From: Fimbriosthenelais zetlandica
Lineage: Eukaryota
Assembly: GCA_977030845.1 (NCBI GenBank)
Contig: OZ365112.1
Span: forward strand, 12,834,001 to 12,898,000
DNA length: 64,000 bases
Direction of reading: 5' to 3'
Part shown: in pieces, positions 62,301-64,000 of the stretch
Layout of the letters: every line of letters begins with the position of its first letter
Numbering within the stretch: the first letter of the stretch is position 1
Notes under the pieces: generated by a model
The model's database searches: none
Told to the model about the DNA's origin: nothing
Seen by the model: only the letters and a program-made list of their open reading frames with translations
Translations under genes and position numbers: made by a program

Positions 62301-62502
62301 TGAATACGGTAGAAGGCACATGTGATAAATATGAAGATAAATGACCAGGTATCCAGGTCTTTTGACGTCTTGCTTTATGACTAAGTCTACTTTTCACTGT
62401 AGATCCTACCCCATGTTGTTGATAGACAGCGGGGCAGGTAGCATCACATGTCCCACACCCCATCTCACTGATTGTTGATATCTTGAGATTAAAATCTTCC
62501 AT
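356..62502 (-). CDS. sdk: Sidekick cell-adhesion protein gene (signal peptide + 6 Ig + 13 FN3 + TM); 3' cytoplasmic exons lie outside the window
   Basis: 33 GT-AG exons per isoform join in frame (6106 nt with 27B, 6088 nt with 27A). The 6 Ig/13 FN3 architecture and motifs match Sidekick as recalled: [44 protein letters not shown]. Confidence 0.95.
673..837 (-). CDS. sdk: sdk exon 33: FN3-13 C-terminal part
   Basis: SKWDTSMRK...[23 protein letters not shown]; tatag/GTAAG; 165 nt, phase 1-1. Confidence 0.95.
992..1120 (-). CDS. sdk: sdk exon 32: FN3-13 N-terminal part
   Basis: [42 protein letters not shown]; tttacag/GTGGG; 129 nt. Confidence 0.93.
1422..1583 (-). CDS. sdk: sdk exon 31: FN3-12 C-terminal part
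   Basis: [53 protein letters not shown]; gtatag/GTACAG; 162 nt. Confidence 0.94.
2739..2759 (-). other. sdk: Candidate 21-nt in-frame microexon in the FN3-12 intron
   Basis: tctgttgtcgcag|GCTTTGCCTGGTACACACTCA|gtaagg; no stop codon; YCAY cluster downstream. Confidence 0.3.
2860..2997 (-). CDS. sdk: sdk exon 30: FN3-12 N-terminal part
   Basis: [45 protein letters not shown]; tttcag/GTAAG; 138 nt. Confidence 0.95.
3148..3337 (-). CDS. sdk: sdk exon 29: FN3-11 C-terminal part
   Basis: IFYWIES...[25 protein letters not shown]; tttgcag/GTGAG; 190 nt, phase 0-1. Confidence 0.95.
3447..3562 (-). CDS. sdk: sdk exon 28: FN3-11 N-terminal part
   Basis: [38 protein letters not shown]; ctttag/GTTAGT; 116 nt, phase 1-0. 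Confidence 0.95.
3862..3870 (-). other. sdk: Candidate 9-nt (or 6-nt) in-frame microexon in the FN3-10/FN3-11 linker
   Basis: cttctctctcttatctcctactctcag|CTCAAG|GTG|gtaggc; strong pyrimidine tract; tandem donors, both in frame. Confidence 0.5.
3923..4169 (-). CDS. sdk: sdk exon 27B: FN3-10 C-terminal part, canonical variant ending VYVGEA
   Basis: [20 protein letters not shown]...[27 protein letters not shown]; ttttag/GTAAG; 247 nt, phase 0-1; two CTAAC branch-like motifs upstream. Confidence 0.93.
4686..4914 (-). CDS. sdk: sdk exon 27A: alternative (mutually exclusive) FN3-10 C-terminal part
   Basis: [20 protein letters not shown]...[26 protein letters not shown]; ctctcag/GTAGG; 229 nt, phase 0-1 like 27B; no stops; FN3 core residues intact. 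Confidence 0.82.
5602..5672 (-). CDS. sdk: sdk exon 26: FN3-10 N-terminal part (shared by 27A and 27B)
   Basis: [23 protein letters not shown]; ttttcag/GTAGG; 71 nt, phase 1-0. Confidence 0.94.
5830..5933 (-). CDS. sdk: sdk exon 25: FN3-9 C-terminal part
   Basis: [34 protein letters not shown]; ttttcag/GTAAG; 104 nt, phase 2-1. Confidence 0.95.
6094..6292 (-). CDS. sdk: sdk exon 24: FN3-9 N-terminal part
   Basis: [11 protein letters not shown]...[14 protein letters not shown]...AYTITE; ttgtag/GTACG; 199 nt, phase 1-2. Confidence 0.95.
6558..6854 (-). CDS. sdk: sdk exon 23: FN3-8
   Basis: [34 protein letters not shown]...[12 protein letters not shown]...VDR; ttccag/GTATG; 297 nt. Confidence 0.95.
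7048..7240 (-). CDS. sdk: sdk exon 22: FN3-7 C-terminal part
   Basis: [10 protein letters not shown]...[23 protein letters not shown]...KTFED; caccag/GTGAG; 193 nt. Confidence 0.95.
7358..7705 (-). CDS. sdk: sdk exon 21: FN3-6 C-terminal part + FN3-7 N-terminal part
   Basis: PLASDLWNG...[11 protein letters not shown]...[11 protein letters not shown]...KNGKLLGFK; ttgcag/GTACA; 348 nt, phase 0-0. Confidence 0.96.
7921..8024. repeat. 34-bp tandem repeat, 3 copies, intronic
   Basis: Unit tcattgatttaatcgttaatttgtactgatcatt; cattgattt recurs at 7922, 7956 and 7990. Confidence 0.92.
8035..8405 (-). CDS. sdk: sdk exon 20: FN3-5 + FN3-6 N-terminal part
   Basis: [35 protein letters not shown]...LRPYTNY...RVRWK; ttctcag/GTGGG; 371 nt, phase 1-0. 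Confidence 0.96.
8806..8808 (-). other. sdk: Candidate 3-nt microexon (TTG) in the FN3-4/FN3-5 linker
   Basis: tactaat branch motif about 43 nt upstream; ttttctctctgccacacttcactatag|TTG|gtaagg. Confidence 0.55.
9102..9293 (-). CDS. sdk: sdk exon 19: FN3-4 C-terminal part
   Basis: [11 protein letters not shown]...[15 protein letters not shown]...SGVPP; ttgtag/GTAAAT; 192 nt. Confidence 0.95.
9398..9496 (-). CDS. sdk: sdk exon 18: FN3-4 N-terminal part
   Basis: [32 protein letters not shown]; tcacag/GTAAG; 99 nt. Confidence 0.94.
9639..9840 (-). CDS. sdk: sdk exon 17: FN3-3 C-terminal part
   Basis: IEAKVDG...[21 protein letters not shown]...KTMED; gaacag/GTAAG; 202 nt. Confidence 0.95.
10045..10200 (-). 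CDS. sdk: sdk exon 16: end of FN3-2 + FN3-3 N-terminal part
   Basis: [19 protein letters not shown]...[10 protein letters not shown]; ttacag/GTGGG; 156 nt, phase 0-0. Confidence 0.96.
10241..10510. repeat. 46-bp minisatellite, about 5.9 copies, intronic
   Basis: Unit ttcaattggagggcgatacccacataaacgtcctagcccaatatca; gggcgatac recurs at 10251, 10297, 10343, 10389, 10435 and 10481. Confidence 0.95.
10573..10838 (-). CDS. sdk: sdk exon 15: FN3-2
   Basis: [22 protein letters not shown]...[12 protein letters not shown]...[20 protein letters not shown]; atacag/GTAAG; 266 nt; missing from the ORF track. Confidence 0.96.
11080..11265 (-). CDS. sdk: sdk exon 14: FN3-1 C-terminal part
   Basis: TELLDSEGW...[20 protein letters not shown]...LPQQ; cttgcag/GTAAG; 186 nt. 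Confidence 0.95.
12422..12562 (-). CDS. sdk: sdk exon 13: FN3-1 N-terminal part
   Basis: [10 protein letters not shown]...[23 protein letters not shown]; tttcag/GTATC; 141 nt. Confidence 0.95.
12874..13158 (-). CDS. sdk: sdk exon 12: Ig6
   Basis: [10 protein letters not shown]...IHC...WSW...[16 protein letters not shown]...HLKVI; ttttcag/GTACG; 285 nt. Confidence 0.96.
13334..13504 (-). CDS. sdk: sdk exon 11: Ig5 C-terminal part
   Basis: LESGRS...[15 protein letters not shown]...LRVY; tttcag/GTAAG; 171 nt. Confidence 0.95.
13609..13725 (-). CDS. sdk: sdk exon 10: Ig5 N-terminal part
   Basis: [38 protein letters not shown]; ctatag/GTAGG; 117 nt. Confidence 0.94.
13897..14024 (-). CDS. sdk: sdk exon 9: Ig4 C-terminal part
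   Basis: [42 protein letters not shown]; tttcag/GTGAG; 128 nt, phase 2-1. Confidence 0.95.
14142..14292 (-). CDS. sdk: sdk exon 8: Ig4 N-terminal part
   Basis: KPSFITGPQ...[28 protein letters not shown]; tttcag/GTAAG; 151 nt, phase 1-2. Confidence 0.95.
14406..14632 (-). CDS. sdk: sdk exon 7: Ig3 C-terminal part
   Basis: [12 protein letters not shown]...[21 protein letters not shown]...ANLTVL; caccag/GTAAT; 227 nt, phase 2-1. Confidence 0.95.
17492..17603 (-). CDS. sdk: sdk exon 6: Ig3 N-terminal part
   Basis: [37 protein letters not shown]; ttttcag/GTAAAT; 112 nt, phase 1-2. Confidence 0.94.
18431..18718 (-). CDS. sdk: sdk exon 5: Ig2 (lacks the canonical F-strand Cys, as recalled for other Sidekicks)
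   Basis: LTPF...[15 protein letters not shown]...[11 protein letters not shown]...TLRVQ; cttttag/GTGAG; 288 nt. Confidence 0.95.
24107..24184. repeat. 26-bp tandem repeat, 3 copies
   Basis: Unit aatattcagtgaacttttgttggccc; ttcagtg recurs at 24111, 24137 and 24163. Confidence 0.92.
29188..29367 (-). CDS. sdk: sdk exon 4: Ig1 C-terminal part
   Basis: [11 protein letters not shown]...[27 protein letters not shown]; ttccag/GTAAG; 180 nt; joins exon 5 as VAYLTPF. Confidence 0.95.
29431..29507. repeat. Imperfect 77-bp foldback with a central 18-bp perfect palindrome
   Basis: tttgcgaatattcgcaaa at 29466-29483; arms catattt...gagtaccgatttg and caaatcagtattcg...aaatatg. Confidence 0.7.
29844..29933 (-). 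CDS. sdk: sdk exon 3: Ig1 N-terminal part
   Basis: (D)[29 protein letters not shown]; cttgcag/GTAAG; 90 nt, phase 1-1; this frame is not shown in the ORF track. Confidence 0.92.
41273..41302. repeat. (GA)15 microsatellite within a purine-rich tract
   Basis: Perfect GA dinucleotide run. Confidence 0.95.
57623..58482. mobile_element. Non-autonomous DNA transposon (MITE-like, 860 bp), 16-bp TIR, 5-bp TSD; hAT-like
   Basis: Left TIR CAGTGTTCGAAATAAG; right TIR reverse complement CAGTGTCCGAAATAAG (15/16 match); CAAAG duplicated at 57618-57622 and 58483-58487; subterminal GGCAAC/GTTGCC motifs at both ends; no transposase ORF. Confidence 0.88.
62250..62502 (-). CDS. sdk: sdk first coding exon: long N-terminal extension plus signal peptide
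   Basis: First in-frame ATG at 62502 (in-frame TAA at 62554-62556); second ATG at 62463; h-region [13 protein letters not shown] then SAA-QLQ; phase-1 donor CAAG|GTAGGT joins exon 3 as QLQ-D-VPP, like the Sidekick mature N-terminus. Confidence 0.82.
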
Positions 62503-62735
62503 ATAACAATTTAAAACAGCACACAAAGTATGAATGAGTCCCTTGTGTATTCCTTAGATATAGAGTCAGTGCTCCGGCACAGACTAAAGTGACGATTCAC
62601 TGCACTCTCAGCATATAAACAAACTAAACTCAGAAAGCGTGGCTTGGCTTCGCCTGCCAGCTGTAGTCGCCATTTTGGTCTCTATCAACAACTCTCCACT
62701 CACTCAACTCCACCGTCACCTGGCCATGGCTTGGC
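62503..62735 (-). other. sdk: Probable 5' UTR part of sdk exon 2, containing two uORFs
   Basis: Strong acceptor ttttcttctgctttttctcag at 62736; no convincing donor between it and the CDS. Confidence 0.55.
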
Positions 62736-62845
62736 CTGAGAAAAAGCAGAAGAAAAGTCTGAGAAAATGAAAATACACACATAAATCCAGTGGTGGTTGT
62801 TGTCAGCAGGTTATATAATAGGGATCCATGTTGTAGACTCTCTAC

Positions 62846-62955
62846 CTGAACTTGTCTACCGCTTATGAACCACGGCACGCACTGACTCGGGCACTTGTCC
62901 CTCTTTTGAAAACTTCCCAAGTCACGTGACGACCAGCTAATGACTGATTGGTTAC
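62846..62955 (-). promoter_or_regulatory. Probable sdk promoter and non-coding exon 1
   Basis: CCAATC box (62946-62951), palindromic E-box GTCACGTGAC (62921-62930), CpG-rich, then CAG|GTAGAG donor at 62845 and a 110-nt intron to the 62736 acceptor; TSS not determined. Confidence 0.5.
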
Positions 62956-64000
62956 AAGGTAGAAACTAGGTCATCCCGTCTAGGTAAAATAGGTCACCAT
63001 CCGTCCTCAAACGTCCACGCATCAGCCATCGGTTTAAGCACCATTCTGTCTATCAAATTCATATCTTGACGTAGATAATCCTTCTGAATGGAGTTCAAAC
63101 AAGTGCGCTGATTATTTTCATCTTAGAAGACGATCTAAAGCTGAATATGCCCCAGGTGAGAGGGGGACGGAGCCAGTCTCAGTCTCGGCCACGGCACGGG
63201 CATGGCCGGTTCGAGTCCGGGAAGGGGAGAAGCAGGATTTTCATTTCCATTAAATTAGATTATACTCCGAAAATCATATGGATCTCGGTCCATGTCATTC
63301 TTAATTTCACATTAAGCTTGTCAGGTTATAAAAACACTCGCACGAGCCATGGGCATTCCTGTATCTATGTTTTAAATCACCATGTTTCCGACCGGTACAC
63401 TACTGCCACCCGACGGGAATTTCCTGAAGTACAACCCGATATTGTAGTGTGACCAACTTATGAATGGTGGCGCGTCGGTGCTTCCCGCCATACCGAGTAG
63501 TACAGGCAAACATACACTGGTTCCCCGAGCTACCACTACGCTTATGTGGCGCTGGCTCCGTGGAATAAATCAGGACGTGGGGACCAGTCTAAGGCAAACA
63601 GTCCTTGGTATCCGTACGGTTATTCCAGTCTCTTCCACATACCGTACTGATTATTCATGTTATATTATGAATTGAATATATTACATACATTCTAAGCACA
63701 ATCTATATCATTTAATTCCAGATAGGAGAGTACATCTCATGTAAATAATAGATGGCAAAATATGAGGACACATTTGACTGCTTCGTTCTCAACATTGCTT
63801 CTCAGCAGAAGACTTAGGACAACTCGGAATTTGTGTTCAGCTTCTAAAGAGAATGCCTGCGATAAACATGATGTACCCCCAATTAATCCAATTAGCCAAG
63901 AGGAACAAAATAACATTCCAGAGTTGGCCACTGAGAGCTCGCTCTACGTCCATGTAGGTTTGATTAATTCTCTGTTGCATTAAATAGAATCTGCCAAAGA

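Noticed and set aside
63380-63660. GC-rich, coding-looking segment at the window end
   Set aside because: I found stops in the reading frames on both strands and no recognisable product. It is kept only as part of the promoter-region observation.

Overview
This is eukaryotic DNA from an invertebrate, probably a lophotrochozoan (inferred from protein similarity and AT-rich introns). One minus-strand gene fills almost the whole window: sidekick (sdk), a homophilic Ig-superfamily adhesion receptor. I assembled the gene by hand. It has a signal-peptide exon at 62250-62502, then a 32.3 kb intron, followed by 6 Ig domains, 13 fibronectin type III (FN3) domains and a transmembrane exon at 356-487. 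The cytoplasmic exons lie left of the window. Each isoform uses 33 GT-AG exons that join in frame into 6106 nt (about 2035 aa) with exon 27B, or 6088 nt with exon 27A. The most interesting result is an apparent alternative-splicing system in the ectodomain. Two divergent, phase-identical exons (4686-4914 and 3923-4169) encode the C-terminal part of FN3 domain 10, and the reading frame survives only if exactly one is used. There are also well-signalled in-frame microexon candidates in domain linkers: 3 nt at 8806-8808 and 6/9 nt at 3862-3870, plus weaker ones. Other elements are an 860 bp TIR element with a 5 bp target-site duplication, several minisatellites, uORFs in the sdk leader, an unusually long signal peptide, and candidate promoter and enhancer motif clusters. 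No rRNA, tRNA or CRISPR array is supported. Most ORFs in the supplied track are chance ORFs, antisense shadows of exons, or exons with intronic read-through. No database search was run; family comparisons come from recalled Sidekick sequences.
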